From positions 73,635 through 113,809 of IMG/VR virus record IMGVR_UViG_3300028886_000061: a stretch of 40,175 nucleotides of DNA; one strand, 5' to 3'. The stretch comes from a virus. Taxonomy: Duplodnaviria > Heunggongvirae > Uroviricota > Caudoviricetes. The translations under genes were made by a program, and so were the position numbers. Shown here piece after piece: positions 1 to 10,030 of the stretch. Numbering within the stretch: the stretch's first letter is position 1; every line of letters starts with the position of its first letter. The notes beneath the pieces are model-generated. The model worked only from the letters and a program-made list of their open reading frames with translations, was not told where the DNA came from and did no database searches.

Positions 1-1598
1 TCACCAGCCGCGTCGTAGTTGGTTGTGGTGGAACTGGAAGATCCATCCGTATTTTCCACTGTCGTATTCTCCGAGGATCCCGATATATCACCATTCTCAT
101 CGTAGTTGGTGGTGTTGGATTCTGTGGTCACCGAACCGGTGGTTGGATCCGGAGCAGATGTACTGGATTCTGTGGAGGATGAGGTACCATCGCTATTGGT
201 GGTATTGGAAGTAGTTGTCGAGGACCCATCTTGATTCTCTGTGGTTTCTGTAGTGGTTTGGCTTGTTGAACCATCAGCATTAGTTGTGGTGGATTGTGAC
301 TCGGTGGTGGTAGCACCGGTTTGTGGGTCTGTGGTTTCTGTAGTGGTTGTGGTAGTAACTGAACCATCCGGATTGATTGTTGTTTCCTGTGTGGTTCCGG
401 GCTGGTATTCGAGTGCTATATTCTTGGTGGCTGTATAACCATCATATACAGCCTGCACAGTGATATCACCGGATTGTAAAACAGTTATTTTACCATATTC
501 GTCAATAGTTGCGTTTTCATTTCCACTGGTTATGGACCATACCGGAACACATCCACTGTTATTATATAGAGCAACGACCGATCCGGTAGTACCGGTGATT
601 GTACCCGGACCATGTATAACCAACTGGTTATTATATGTTACTTCTATCACTTTCTGGTCAGTCCAGGTGCCATATTGAGCCTGCACAATGATATTCTGTT
701 CAACAGTGCCGGGGACGATATCCACGCGGCCCCACTGATTAATCACAGCATATTCACTACCACTCACGATAGACCATTGAGAAACGACTTCCTCGTTATC
801 GTATGTGGATTTTAGGAGGATATTTTTACCGGTATACTCACCGGGACCAACAATTTGAAAATTATGACTTATATCGCCTCTATATCCAACGATCTTATAT
901 AATACACGACCATCTGAGTTGGCATTGGTTGCTGCTGTGCCATAGAGTGATGTGGACCTACTGAAGAACACGCTGGTTTTATCCTGGGATACCATAACGG
1001 TCAATGCAGTCAATCTGTTTCTATTATTAGGGTTTTGAAGAATAGCAGACCCGATAAAATGTCCGAATGGACTGGAGTTCATTCCACCCAAATGAAGCCG
1101 TATTACAGAGGATGCAGTGGAGTCACTACCACTACCACCGGTACGTACGTATAGTTTCAATAATTGATACTCGGACATATCGAGGTTGGTAAGCTGCCAA
1201 GTCGGATTCTGTGATATATCAGCTTCTGCAGCAAGGATACCTTGGGCCACTGTCTGGGCTTCCCAAATCACCTCACCTTTACTTTGAGATAAGTTGTAGA
1301 TACACTTGGCCGAAGGATATTCGTTATCGGTTGACTCTGCAGATATACTAGTCACCTTATTACCTGGACTTTCAAAAACATTCAGATCGATATTAATAGT
1401 ACTATCGTCTGTCTTGGTTATAGTAAGTATATTGAGTGTCTGATTAAAAGATACATTCTTCACATCCGAACTAAAGCAATCACCAGCAAGGTATATTTTA
1501 TGGGTATATGGATCGAATACCAATAGGCCGTCAAAGCTATCGGTTGATGCATTGAATGACTTTCTTTTGAGGTTAAATTCTTTATTAGACATTGACAT
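1..1598 (-). CDS. Putative virion surface/fibre protein, about 532 aa visible, runs off the left edge. N-terminal domain paralogous to 1616..2335, then two Ig-like repeats, then a Thr/Ser-rich repeat region
   Basis: Absent from the ORF track (no stop in window). Manual translation from ATG at 1598 (or 1592): MSMSNKEFNLKRKSFNASTDSFDGLLVFDPYTHKIYLAGDCFSS...NKVTSISAESTDNEYPSAKCIY...GRVLYKIVGY, then two WSIxSG..A.I...G....VQAxY repeats, then TTINPDGSVTTTTTTETTDP-type repeats. Confidence 0.8.
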   Translation of the reverse strand, partial: MSMSNKEFNLKRKSFNASTDSFDGLLVFDPYTHKIYLAGDCFSSDVKNVSFNQTLNILTITKTDDSTINIDLNVFESPGNKVTSISAESTDNEYPSAKCIYNLSQSKGEVIWEAQTVAQGILAAEADISQNPTWQLTNLDMSEYQLLKLYVRTGGSGSDSTASSVIRLHLGGMNSSPFGHFIGSAILQNPNNRNRLTALTVMVSQDKTSVFFSRSTSLYGTAATNANSDGRVLYKIVGYRGDISHNFQIVGPGEYTGKNILLKSTYDNEEVVSQWSIVSGSEYAVINQWGRVDIVPGTVEQNIIVQAQYGTWTDQKVIEVTYNNQLVIHGPGTITGTTGSVVALYNNSGCVPVWSITSGNENATIDEYGKITVLQSGDITVQAVYDGYTATKNIALEYQPGTTQETTINPDGSVTTTTTTETTDPQTGATTTESQSTTTNADGSTSQTTTETTENQDGSSTTTSNTTNSDGTSSSTESSTSAPDPTTGSVTTESNTTNYDENGDISGSSENTTVENTDGSSSSTTTNYDAAG

Positions 1599-1615
1599 AA
1601 TCGAGTCGGATGTTT

Positions 1616-2335
1616 TTAATCGTAATAACCAACAATTTTATACATAATTCTTCCATTGTTATTGGCATCAGTTGCTGCTGTACCATAAATGGATGTGCAC
1701 CTACTGAATACCACGCTGGTTTTATCCTCGGATACTGCAACGGAAACTGCAAGTAATCTATTCCTATCGTTAGGAGCCTGCACAACGGCGGAACCCAAGA
1801 AGTGGCCAAATGTGGATTTATTCATATCGCTCAGGTCCACTTCGATCACAATGGAAGGTGTATAACTGACATTGGCACTACCACCGGCCTTGATATATAT
1901 TTCAACATATTTGAATGGTGTCATATCAAGATCGGTAAGATGCCAGTTTGGAGTTGCCGAGATATCAGTTTCACTGGCAAGTATACCTTGTGCCGTAGTA
2001 GTTGCTTCCCAGACAACAACCGGTTTCTTACGGATGCTATCGTACACACACTTGGCAGATGGGTATTGGGTATCAGTTGATGCCGATGACAGAGTTGTTA
2101 CCTTATTACCAGTAGTTTCAAATGTACTGAAATTAAGAGTTATGGCAGTTCCATCAAACTTGGTTATTAGCAGAACTTTAGTGGTGGTATTGTATGAAAT
2201 ATCCATCACTTCCGAGCTATAGCATTCTCCACCAACCCATATCTTACTGGCTGATTTATCGAAAACCACAACTCCGGGACCAGAATCCAATGATGGATTG
2301 TATACCTTCTTCTTTAATATGACTTCTACACCCAT
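1616..2335 (-). CDS. Hypothetical, probably virion-associated protein (239 aa); short paralog of the downstream gene
   Basis: ORF track. Contains NKVTTLSSASTDTQYPSAKCVYD, a motif I associate with phage tail/fibre proteins. Aligns by eye over its full length with the N-terminus of 1..1598. Confidence 0.75.
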   Translation of the reverse strand: MGVEVILKKKVYNPSLDSGPGVVVFDKSASKIWVGGECYSSEVMDISYNTTTKVLLITKFDGTAITLNFSTFETTGNKVTTLSSASTDTQYPSAKCVYDSIRKKPVVVWEATTTAQGILASETDISATPNWHLTDLDMTPFKYVEIYIKAGGSANVSYTPSIVIEVDLSDMNKSTFGHFLGSAVVQAPNDRNRLLAVSVAVSEDKTSVVFSRCTSIYGTAATDANNNGRIMYKIVGYYD

Positions 2336-2380
2336 TATATTGTACTTAATATTTCTTTGTTATATAAAAAATAAATTTTT

Positions 2381-2417
2381 TTGTTAAGATTGTTGTGCGT
2401 CCGGTTATATATAATTG
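2381..2417 (+). promoter_or_regulatory. Conserved phage promoter motif, copy 1
   Basis: TTGTTAAG-N12-CCGGTTATATATAATTG; same spacing as the copies at 16705, 22074 and 33093. Confidence 0.65.
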
Positions 2418-2430
2418 TAAAAATAGAACA

Positions 2431-2523
2431 ATGTCTAACAACAAGCCGGCCACAGTAGCCGGAACGCAACGAAGATGCAGCACAATAGAGACCGACCCTG
2501 AGGGTCACAATAACAGAATTTAA
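2431..2523 (+). CDS. Small ORF, 30 aa (MSNNKPATVAGTQRRCSTIETDPEGHNNRI), or a structured small RNA
   Basis: ATG preceded by AAAAATAGAACA, like the leader of the gene at 33156 (AAAGAAAGAACA). Lies between promoter copy 1 and the terminator at 2626. Confidence 0.4.
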   Translation: MSNNKPATVAGTQRRCSTIETDPEGHNNRI

Positions 2524-2625
2524 TTAGTATATATTTAGCGAAATCTTAAAACCCCAAAAAATGCCGCATATAAGAGACCAGTCGTAAACACTTAAGTTAC
2601 GCATAAGATACAGTTAAGCATAAAT

Positions 2626-2656
2626 AAAAAAGGCCCCTCGTGGAGGAGCCTTTTTT
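2626..2656. terminator. Intrinsic terminator, probably bidirectional
   Basis: AAAAAAGGCCCCTC-GTG-GAGGAGCCTTTTTT hairpin flanked by A and T runs, between convergent units. Confidence 0.75.
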
Positions 2657-2673
2657 GTTTCGTATAGTATCGG

Positions 2674-3930
2674 TTAGGAGATATGAGCGAGTTCTGCAGC
2701 GACTTGAGAGAGCATTGCAAGACGGGTTGGATCATCCTTGTACTTTTCGGTAAGTTCAGCGATTTTCTCTTTACGTTTCTCGATTTCAGTCTTTTCGAGG
2801 TTTTCTTTAACCTGTTGGCCTTCTTTTTCCTTGGCTGCTTCTACAGCAGTACCAATAGCCTGTTCGTAAAGTTTGGTAACGTCGAGACGAGTGTGTTTCT
2901 TGACAGCTTCAACAACCTGTGCGATATTACCCTTGGCTTCCCAAGGAGCTGTATGGTTAGTGCTGAGCATCTTTGCGTATGCATTTCCGTTATTCTCAAT
3001 AACAATAAAGCGATCGTTAGCACCGTTAATAATAGATACATTGTTAAGGATTGCAATGGACTTGAAGTTCTCAACAATTTTTGCAAAAGACTCGAGCATA
3101 GCGGCACGACGAGCACGGAGATTCATTGGAGTAGCCTGAACGAGATAATTGTTATTTTCGCGAAGTTGATCGACAGTGTATTCGGTGGATTTACCCTCGG
3201 AAGTGATAGTGCATTTCACCTCTTCATTTTCCTCATACACCTTATATTGACGGTTTGCAACTTCCATAAGAAGAGCACCTTCATTATACTTACAGATACC
3301 GCTTTCAAGCATAGAAGCAATCATGATAAAATCGTTATTAACGTCACGACGATCACACTCAACAATGGATTCTGCATTGGTCTTGAAGATGGAATTACCG
3401 GCGTGGAAGATATAAGAACCTTCGGATTCCACAACAAACGAAATAGGATGGATAGCTGTGTACTGCTCGGAGCATTCGACCACTGGCTGTTCACGATAAA
3501 CAGAACGTGCGATATTACGGAATGCCTCGACATACATAACGTTCTTAAGTGCACCGGATTTGATATAGGAGACGATCTCATCTTCCTTCATCTCAAGCAT
3601 AGGTTTAACCTGCTCAACAGCACGCAATTGGAGATAGTTACCAACGGATTGGCTATTGGAGATACCTTCACAAACACTGGCGAGTGCCCAACCATAACGA
3701 TTGGCATCAAGTTCCTCCATAATCTTATTCACTACTGCGGTAATACCACTATCGTAGGAAAGATTGCGAGCCTCACGGAGAAATGCATTCACGGTGCTGC
3801 AAGTTGCAGGATTGGCCACCACGAAAGCGCGATATTTATTAACTAATTCATTACCAAGAGCGGTCTGAGCCTTGGCTTCAAACAACTTACCGGAGAAATC
3901 GAGTCCGGACAAAACTTTGTAAACTTGCAT
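2674..3930 (-). CDS. Hypothetical protein (418 aa), C-terminal coiled coil, possibly virion/head-associated
   Basis: ORF track. Biased codon usage and an E/K-rich helical C-terminus; no family recognised. Confidence 0.75.
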   Translation of the reverse strand: MQVYKVLSGLDFSGKLFEAKAQTALGNELVNKYRAFVVANPATCSTVNAFLREARNLSYDSGITAVVNKIMEELDANRYGWALASVCEGISNSQSVGNYLQLRAVEQVKPMLEMKEDEIVSYIKSGALKNVMYVEAFRNIARSVYREQPVVECSEQYTAIHPISFVVESEGSYIFHAGNSIFKTNAESIVECDRRDVNNDFIMIASMLESGICKYNEGALLMEVANRQYKVYEENEEVKCTITSEGKSTEYTVDQLRENNNYLVQATPMNLRARRAAMLESFAKIVENFKSIAILNNVSIINGANDRFIVIENNGNAYAKMLSTNHTAPWEAKGNIAQVVEAVKKHTRLDVTKLYEQAIGTAVEAAKEKEGQQVKENLEKTEIEKRKEKIAELTEKYKDDPTRLAMLSQVAAELAHIS

Positions 3931-4024
3931 AGACGTAAATGTTTATTTCTTATGGCAACATTGCTGTTACTTTCTATATAATAAAGTTGATGTATTTAAT
4001 ATTTAATCTCGAGTGACACTTTCA

Positions 4025-4864
4025 TCATTGATCTGTTCTTGATACCTCATCGTCATTATAATGCAATGAATCATCATCTATAATTGACGTCTCACCAATA
4101 ACACTTACCATACCAATAGTGTGGGCAGTCATTGATCCGAGTATCTTACCATATCTTGTATAGTAACGTTCATGATTTATACCACCACTACCAGGAGTAT
4201 CTGCTATATCATCATCGTATGCATCCCTATAATAAGGACCATATTCGTCTGGAATCGAATTATTAGGCATAGATATGATAGCTGGACCGTATGGGAATAT
4301 TAAAAGGCCATCCAATGACACACCGTGATAGTAGTCAATGACACCCATATTTTTGTTCCAAGCATTTTTACAAGGAACGTTTTCAAATCTGGTATAGTCT
4401 ATATATCCCTCATTTTGAAATATTGTGATATATGGGGGTTTAAACGATTCCCACCATACACTACCATCATTCAGTTTCTTCCAGGTTCCTTCTTCGTAGT
4501 TATTTGCACAAATCTTAAGATTGTCATCTACTAACCTGATATTCTGTGTAATATCATTGAAATTGGATGTGATGGTCTTCTTTGGCGTGAGATTATCAAT
4601 GGTATAATTATGATCTGTTTCCCCATCTGCTGATTCACCAAGAGGACGCACTACTGGTGTATCATCTGCATCCACATCTGGTGTATAATCACGCACAAAT
4701 AATGAGAAATATGACATTACATCCGAATTATCAACCGTAATAACCTTGTTGGTAACTATATCCCATATATTAGGATTAGCTTTGAAATTAAGTGTTTCAG
4801 CTATAATTCCATTCAATGACATTGAATCCTTAAAAGCCCCTTCTCTTGATGTTGAATTTGGCAT
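4025..4864 (-). CDS. Hypothetical protein (279 aa)
   Basis: ORF track; co-oriented with neighbouring large genes. Confidence 0.7.
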   Translation of the reverse strand: MPNSTSREGAFKDSMSLNGIIAETLNFKANPNIWDIVTNKVITVDNSDVMSYFSLFVRDYTPDVDADDTPVVRPLGESADGETDHNYTIDNLTPKKTITSNFNDITQNIRLVDDNLKICANNYEEGTWKKLNDGSVWWESFKPPYITIFQNEGYIDYTRFENVPCKNAWNKNMGVIDYYHGVSLDGLLIFPYGPAIISMPNNSIPDEYGPYYRDAYDDDIADTPGSGGINHERYYTRYGKILGSMTAHTIGMVSVIGETSIIDDDSLHYNDDEVSRTDQ

Positions 4865-4917
4865 AATATATCTTTTTAATTTACAATATTAAATTGATCA
4901 TGCACTGGGAATCTTGA

Positions 4918-7599
4918 TTACACCGAGAACAATAACCCATTTAATGTTTTTGGTAGGTAATTTTTCACAGCCACACCTCCATATATTGGAGCTCTATATG
5001 TGTACTGATCATCTGGATTTATAAAACTAATGTAACCAACTGGTAATATGGTAATCGTGGTGTTTACATTCGTAGCAGATATTATACTTTGTTGAACAGC
5101 AGCAGCCTCGAATATACGAATATAGAAATCCACATAGTAATTTATTATTGTACCCATATAATCAAGAGTGCCTTGAATCCCGTGGAAATTACCAGAAAAT
5201 TTCCCAAACTTATCGGTCAATGCAGATACAGAACCATTTATTGCTGGTACTGATGAACCTTCTGACGCTGGCATATAGTTATCGGATGGGTTAGCAGTAC
5301 CGACTTCATACTCCTGAATCCTGAATGATGGGGTATTAAATACATCACCAGCTCCCTGTAATTGATATATATCACCACCATTGAATGTCCTGTGTTGTAC
5401 AGTAGGGGATCCCGAATCATATTGTACTGCATAGTATCGATTTTCACCTTCGCCATGCTCTTGAGACTTACATTTAACATGAGTATATAATATCTTTGCA
5501 ATAGATATTGGAATGTTATACTCAATCACATCATACATCTTTGGCCCATTATGGCGAGCTGAATCTCCTGTAATATTATTGGTAACGCCTTGTATTGATG
5601 TTGCAAAATTAATGTCTCGATCATACCACATACCCTGTGTATTATTTGGCGCGCTATAATTTGCCTGACATCCATACATTGCAACCGCCTTATGAATTGC
5701 TGTGTTTATATTTTGATTAGGTTCCCAGGCAAGATTGCCCTGTAATCCCTGTATTCTACTCACACGTCCAATACGGATATTAAGGGTTGTTGCCAGTTTG
5801 GTGTTATATATAATACCTTTTGGATCGTCACCTCCTGCCGTGTCACTACAATTATTAACATTCCTACTAATTTCACAACGAATATCCTTAAATTGACTGA
5901 TAGCAGCCATATGAGTATCCTTAATAGGACGGAATGTGCCACCCTGTGCAGTTAATTGTCCCTGTACCGTGATATTACCCTGAAGATATGTATCACCACC
6001 AACGGTTAAACCTCCCTGAATAATGGTATTGCCCTGAACACCAAGATTGCCTTGAGTATTGATATCACCCCCAACATCCAAACGGCCAGTCACATTAAGA
6101 TTATAATCCACTCTCCAGTCCCCAACGTGGGATCCGGATTCTGACCAAGGTTCATTCGTTTGACTTGAATGGGTTTTATCCATCAATACTGGAGATGTGC
6201 GTAGTTTAGTCCAGGCATCTGGATTCTGCCCATTTGGTATATCCAAATCACGCTCACTATATGTCATATGAGCCTTATCGCGAATTGTAACATCATTTTT
6301 GCAAGCTGGAATGTATAAACCACGCAAATCAGCATAATGGGTACCACCATTGTTCCAGTTATATATATTATTAAGATAGTCGCGAAGTACTTGTTTATGG
6401 ATGGCATCAAATATATTGTCTGACTCGTTATGAGCACACGATATTATCACGGTACCATTATCACGTATAATAGGGCGCCCAAGGAATGCAAAATTGCTGG
6501 GTGGATTACCTGTTTCCTCATCAGTATGGTTAGATGCTCCGTAAAATACCAATACAAAATCGATATTACGAATCACCACACTCTTATTGGAATTTGATGG
6601 ATCTTCCTGCCACACCAGGGTCATTACATCAACATTGTTGGTATTATCCACAACTGGTACCTGAGTACTGTTTCTCTCAACATAGTCAACATTACCATTG
6701 GTATCAATCACCTGAAGTTTGTCAATAGTGATAATATCGCCTGTGCGTGAACCCAAAGCCATAAGAGATTGAGGAGTATATCCATCACCACCTTTGATAC
6801 CTTGTGCAGTTACACCGGTTTGCTGGCCATTAACCTGCCAGCAGAATTCATTGACATTATCGTCGAAATACAGTTTGGGCACCAAGTCATTACGCCAAAG
6901 AGTCCACTTCCAATTTTCTACATCATCTTCTCCATTGTATTCAGCAGTACCATAAACTACAGTCGAAAAGTCATAGAAGTTCTTATATATGTCATTGGCA
7001 TTTGCATGATTTTTGATATAGCGATTAAGGTCTTCAATACGTCCATCAATAAACACATAAGGTACTGCGAGATATGCTTTACCATTATGTTCATCCACAA
7101 CTACGTTAACCTTGAATCCCTCATTGTTATCATCCAAAATCTGAGGAATCGAATGATGGCCACCCGGATTTTGTGTATCATCAAAAGTAAATACAGGGGC
7201 GATTGGCTTTATGGTTGGATCTTCATCTGGATTTTCAAGTCTATCGAGAATCCATTTCTTATTATGAACACCCTGCCAAGGATTATTGAGCCCATCATGA
7301 TAATCATCTTCAGGTCCATAATTATCTCCTTTAAAAGCACCATTACCAAAGATAGTGCTTACCAATCCATATCCTAACACGGATAGAGGGTCTGCATCAG
7401 GAGTGTCACCCAGGTTGACATCAATAATAAGCTTCCGAGCCTCCACACTATTTCCATCATTACCTTTTGTATATTGAATGGATATAAGACGCTCGAAGTT
7501 GTTTTTAACAGCTTTACAGAAATCTGTGAATTGCTGTGCAAAATCTCCTCCGAATCGTGGGATTGGTATACCTTGTAGGAAATTAATATTGTCTGCCAT
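4918..7599 (-). CDS. Large putative tail/baseplate or fibre protein (893 aa)
   Basis: ORF track. N/G/D/T-rich, with a short beta-repeat tract (NVTGRLDVGGDINTQGNLGVQGNTIIQGGLTVGGDTYLQGNITVQGQLT) typical of phage tail beta-helices. Confidence 0.6.
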   Translation of the reverse strand: MADNINFLQGIPIPRFGGDFAQQFTDFCKAVKNNFERLISIQYTKGNDGNSVEARKLIIDVNLGDTPDADPLSVLGYGLVSTIFGNGAFKGDNYGPEDDYHDGLNNPWQGVHNKKWILDRLENPDEDPTIKPIAPVFTFDDTQNPGGHHSIPQILDDNNEGFKVNVVVDEHNGKAYLAVPYVFIDGRIEDLNRYIKNHANANDIYKNFYDFSTVVYGTAEYNGEDDVENWKWTLWRNDLVPKLYFDDNVNEFCWQVNGQQTGVTAQGIKGGDGYTPQSLMALGSRTGDIITIDKLQVIDTNGNVDYVERNSTQVPVVDNTNNVDVMTLVWQEDPSNSNKSVVIRNIDFVLVFYGASNHTDEETGNPPSNFAFLGRPIIRDNGTVIISCAHNESDNIFDAIHKQVLRDYLNNIYNWNNGGTHYADLRGLYIPACKNDVTIRDKAHMTYSERDLDIPNGQNPDAWTKLRTSPVLMDKTHSSQTNEPWSESGSHVGDWRVDYNLNVTGRLDVGGDINTQGNLGVQGNTIIQGGLTVGGDTYLQGNITVQGQLTAQGGTFRPIKDTHMAAISQFKDIRCEISRNVNNCSDTAGGDDPKGIIYNTKLATTLNIRIGRVSRIQGLQGNLAWEPNQNINTAIHKAVAMYGCQANYSAPNNTQGMWYDRDINFATSIQGVTNNITGDSARHNGPKMYDVIEYNIPISIAKILYTHVKCKSQEHGEGENRYYAVQYDSGSPTVQHRTFNGGDIYQLQGAGDVFNTPSFRIQEYEVGTANPSDNYMPASEGSSVPAINGSVSALTDKFGKFSGNFHGIQGTLDYMGTIINYYVDFYIRIFEAAAVQQSIISATNVNTTITILPVGYISFINPDDQYTYRAPIYGGVAVKNYLPKTLNGLLFSV

Positions 7600-7616
7600 A
7601 AATATTTATATGTTTT

Positions 7617-9947
7617 TTATCTCAATCTAAATGTAACCGTGTATAATATTTCATCCACACTGTGGTCATTTGGGTAATCGAAATTATATTCGATCTGATA
7701 TATCTCTTTTAGCCAATGTTTGAACCAAAGGGATAGTTCCGTCTTATCCATCAATGTGGCAATATGATTATATAATAGTTCCCAGAACTTAAGTTCTTCA
7801 GTTTGCTCTGTATATGGAACCGGGTTATCTTCAAGAAATGTAGTGATATATCGTTCAGGTAATACATTGATACACCCATCATTTTTCCAAGTTACATCAC
7901 CTTCCCATCCATTATAAAAATCAGGTCGTAAAGTATTATCTTGTTCCGCAAGATATGTATAATATCCAATGCTTGGATAATTAGGATTAAATCCGGTCTT
8001 TAACATACGATTGTAATACTGAACATCCTTGGAGTTAATATCACCCCACTGTCTATATGGGAAGTTTATATTACGATAGTACTCGTGTGTTGGATCTATA
8101 AACATTGGACAGAGACGACCGGTATACCTCAATACAAAGTTATTCGCAAGGTTATCCTGATACATGTTTAATTCGGTTGGATGTTCATCACCAACAGGCG
8201 GCACCACCTCCGTTATAATAGACCTCGAGAACTCAATTCTATATGGAGGAATCCAAGCATTTGCTAACGCCTCAAGCATACGGAATATCTTAATATACGA
8301 ATTCATCGGGTTTGTATAAGGAGGTAAGTAATCCGATATATTCTTAAGTGTTGCCGTGGATTCATCTGTTGAATAGAAGTCAATCAGAAATGTTTTATCG
8401 TCCTGATTGTATTCGTATTTCATACCCCGATGTACACCTTGCCCGAATAGATTATCCATCACATCCTGATCAACTATTATATTGGCCATATATATAGTCA
8501 CATCACCTGCACCGATATAGGTTACACCATCAATCTCCTCTGTGGTTCCGTTGACATTCCAACGAACATCCATCATATTATAACGATTATTATTCAAGTA
8601 TGCAATCATTGAATCCTCGTTAAAATAAAGTTTAGAGTATAGGTTTTCTGGATGAATATGAGCATACGACATACGGTTAGCAACAGTCGCTACCGATAGA
8701 CCGGTATAATTGGTATAATGACACCAATGAGATGCATTGTTATATACAGTACTAACATCCTGTGAAATATCAGCTTGATCGTAATATCGTCCACGAATCT
8801 TATGAGGTTCGGATTCTCCACCAAGAAATACTGGAGCAAATCCATCATAGAAGTTATATATAAACTCGGGATTCTCCACCATTGACCAATGAAATATTGG
8901 TTGAGTGAATTTATTGGCCTGAACATAATCTATGATTCTATGGTCACCCAAATAATCATATACATTATATTCGTTACTTAATTCACCAGTATCAATACGA
9001 TATACCGGAATATTTGTATAGTTGGTATAGAGATCCTTTATTGGTAGGTAGGAATCATCATATTTTACCCTGATGGATACAGTAATATTCTTTCCCAGTA
9101 ATGCATCTTTAAGAAAGAATGAGATATCATCCATATTAAACACAAAATTGAGATTGATAAGTTGCTGTGCAATAATATGGTTTTCCTTGAAGTTAAACAA
9201 TAGGGTATTATCAAATTCCATCATAGGAACTTCCCTACGTAGTAAGGCATCAATGATGTATGAAATATCCTTTGTGGTATACTTTGCAGCATCCACCTGA
9301 ATACCTGTGATGAACGCCTCATCCGGATCAAATTTGATACTCAATAAGCTATCATCAACACCCATATATGGAGCTAATGATGGATCCGGATACTCGCTTG
9401 GGTCAGGGTCAATATATCGCGCACTCTTATTAAGGAACCCGGACATATAGGAACATAACTCGGGGGATAATGAAAATACACGGCGAGCTATATGGTCACG
9501 TTCTTCTCCCACCACCTTTACTGATACCTCGAATGAAAACTTTGAAGGGTCGGTTTCCTCGGATATCCATAATGGACAAAGAAATGAGAACTGTTTTTGA
9601 TACCTCTCAAAACGCATACGTCGAGTACCCATAATGAATACATGTGAGTATGGATCGAGATTATTTCCTCCATTATATAACCATTTATCACCGCTCCATT
9701 CACCAGCTGCTGAATAGAAATCATCACCCATTCTATCATATAGGTATTTCAGATTTTCAAGATGGCTATAATGAAGTGTATCCCTATCGTTATCCTCATT
9801 AAATACAAGGTTTTCATTCAGGGGTACTATATGTAATTCAGGAGTATCTATAACGTGCTCACCATTATCGTAATGATAATACAATGGTATATCCCAGCGG
9901 GCTTGGCCGGAAAGATATGGTGATGTACGTAGGAGTTGATATCTCAT
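7617..9947 (-). CDS. Large hypothetical protein (776 aa), possibly structural
   Basis: ORF track; no motif confidently assigned. Confidence 0.7.
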   Translation of the reverse strand: MRYQLLRTSPYLSGQARWDIPLYYHYDNGEHVIDTPELHIVPLNENLVFNEDNDRDTLHYSHLENLKYLYDRMGDDFYSAAGEWSGDKWLYNGGNNLDPYSHVFIMGTRRMRFERYQKQFSFLCPLWISEETDPSKFSFEVSVKVVGEERDHIARRVFSLSPELCSYMSGFLNKSARYIDPDPSEYPDPSLAPYMGVDDSLLSIKFDPDEAFITGIQVDAAKYTTKDISYIIDALLRREVPMMEFDNTLLFNFKENHIIAQQLINLNFVFNMDDISFFLKDALLGKNITVSIRVKYDDSYLPIKDLYTNYTNIPVYRIDTGELSNEYNVYDYLGDHRIIDYVQANKFTQPIFHWSMVENPEFIYNFYDGFAPVFLGGESEPHKIRGRYYDQADISQDVSTVYNNASHWCHYTNYTGLSVATVANRMSYAHIHPENLYSKLYFNEDSMIAYLNNNRYNMMDVRWNVNGTTEEIDGVTYIGAGDVTIYMANIIVDQDVMDNLFGQGVHRGMKYEYNQDDKTFLIDFYSTDESTATLKNISDYLPPYTNPMNSYIKIFRMLEALANAWIPPYRIEFSRSIITEVVPPVGDEHPTELNMYQDNLANNFVLRYTGRLCPMFIDPTHEYYRNINFPYRQWGDINSKDVQYYNRMLKTGFNPNYPSIGYYTYLAEQDNTLRPDFYNGWEGDVTWKNDGCINVLPERYITTFLEDNPVPYTEQTEELKFWELLYNHIATLMDKTELSLWFKHWLKEIYQIEYNFDYPNDHSVDEILYTVTFRLR

Positions 9948-10030
9948 ATGTCTTGATTTCTTTTATGTTACATCAATACAAACCAGTATTCAATGTTTAT
10001 TATATAATAAAAATACATTCATAGATCGTC

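Noticed and set aside
23-815. Short track ORFs at the left edge
   Set aside because: All overlap the long minus-strand ORF starting at 1598, which the track omitted for lack of a stop.
2683-3846. 387-aa plus-strand ORF (similarly 6769..7377, 13076..13474, 25336..25728)
   Set aside because: Antisense shadows of well-supported genes, caused by codon bias; no recognisable motifs or leaders.
1-9947. Diversity-generating retroelement acting on fibre genes
   Set aside because: No reverse transcriptase and no template/variable repeat pair with adenine-specific mismatches; the paralog pair differs at all base types.
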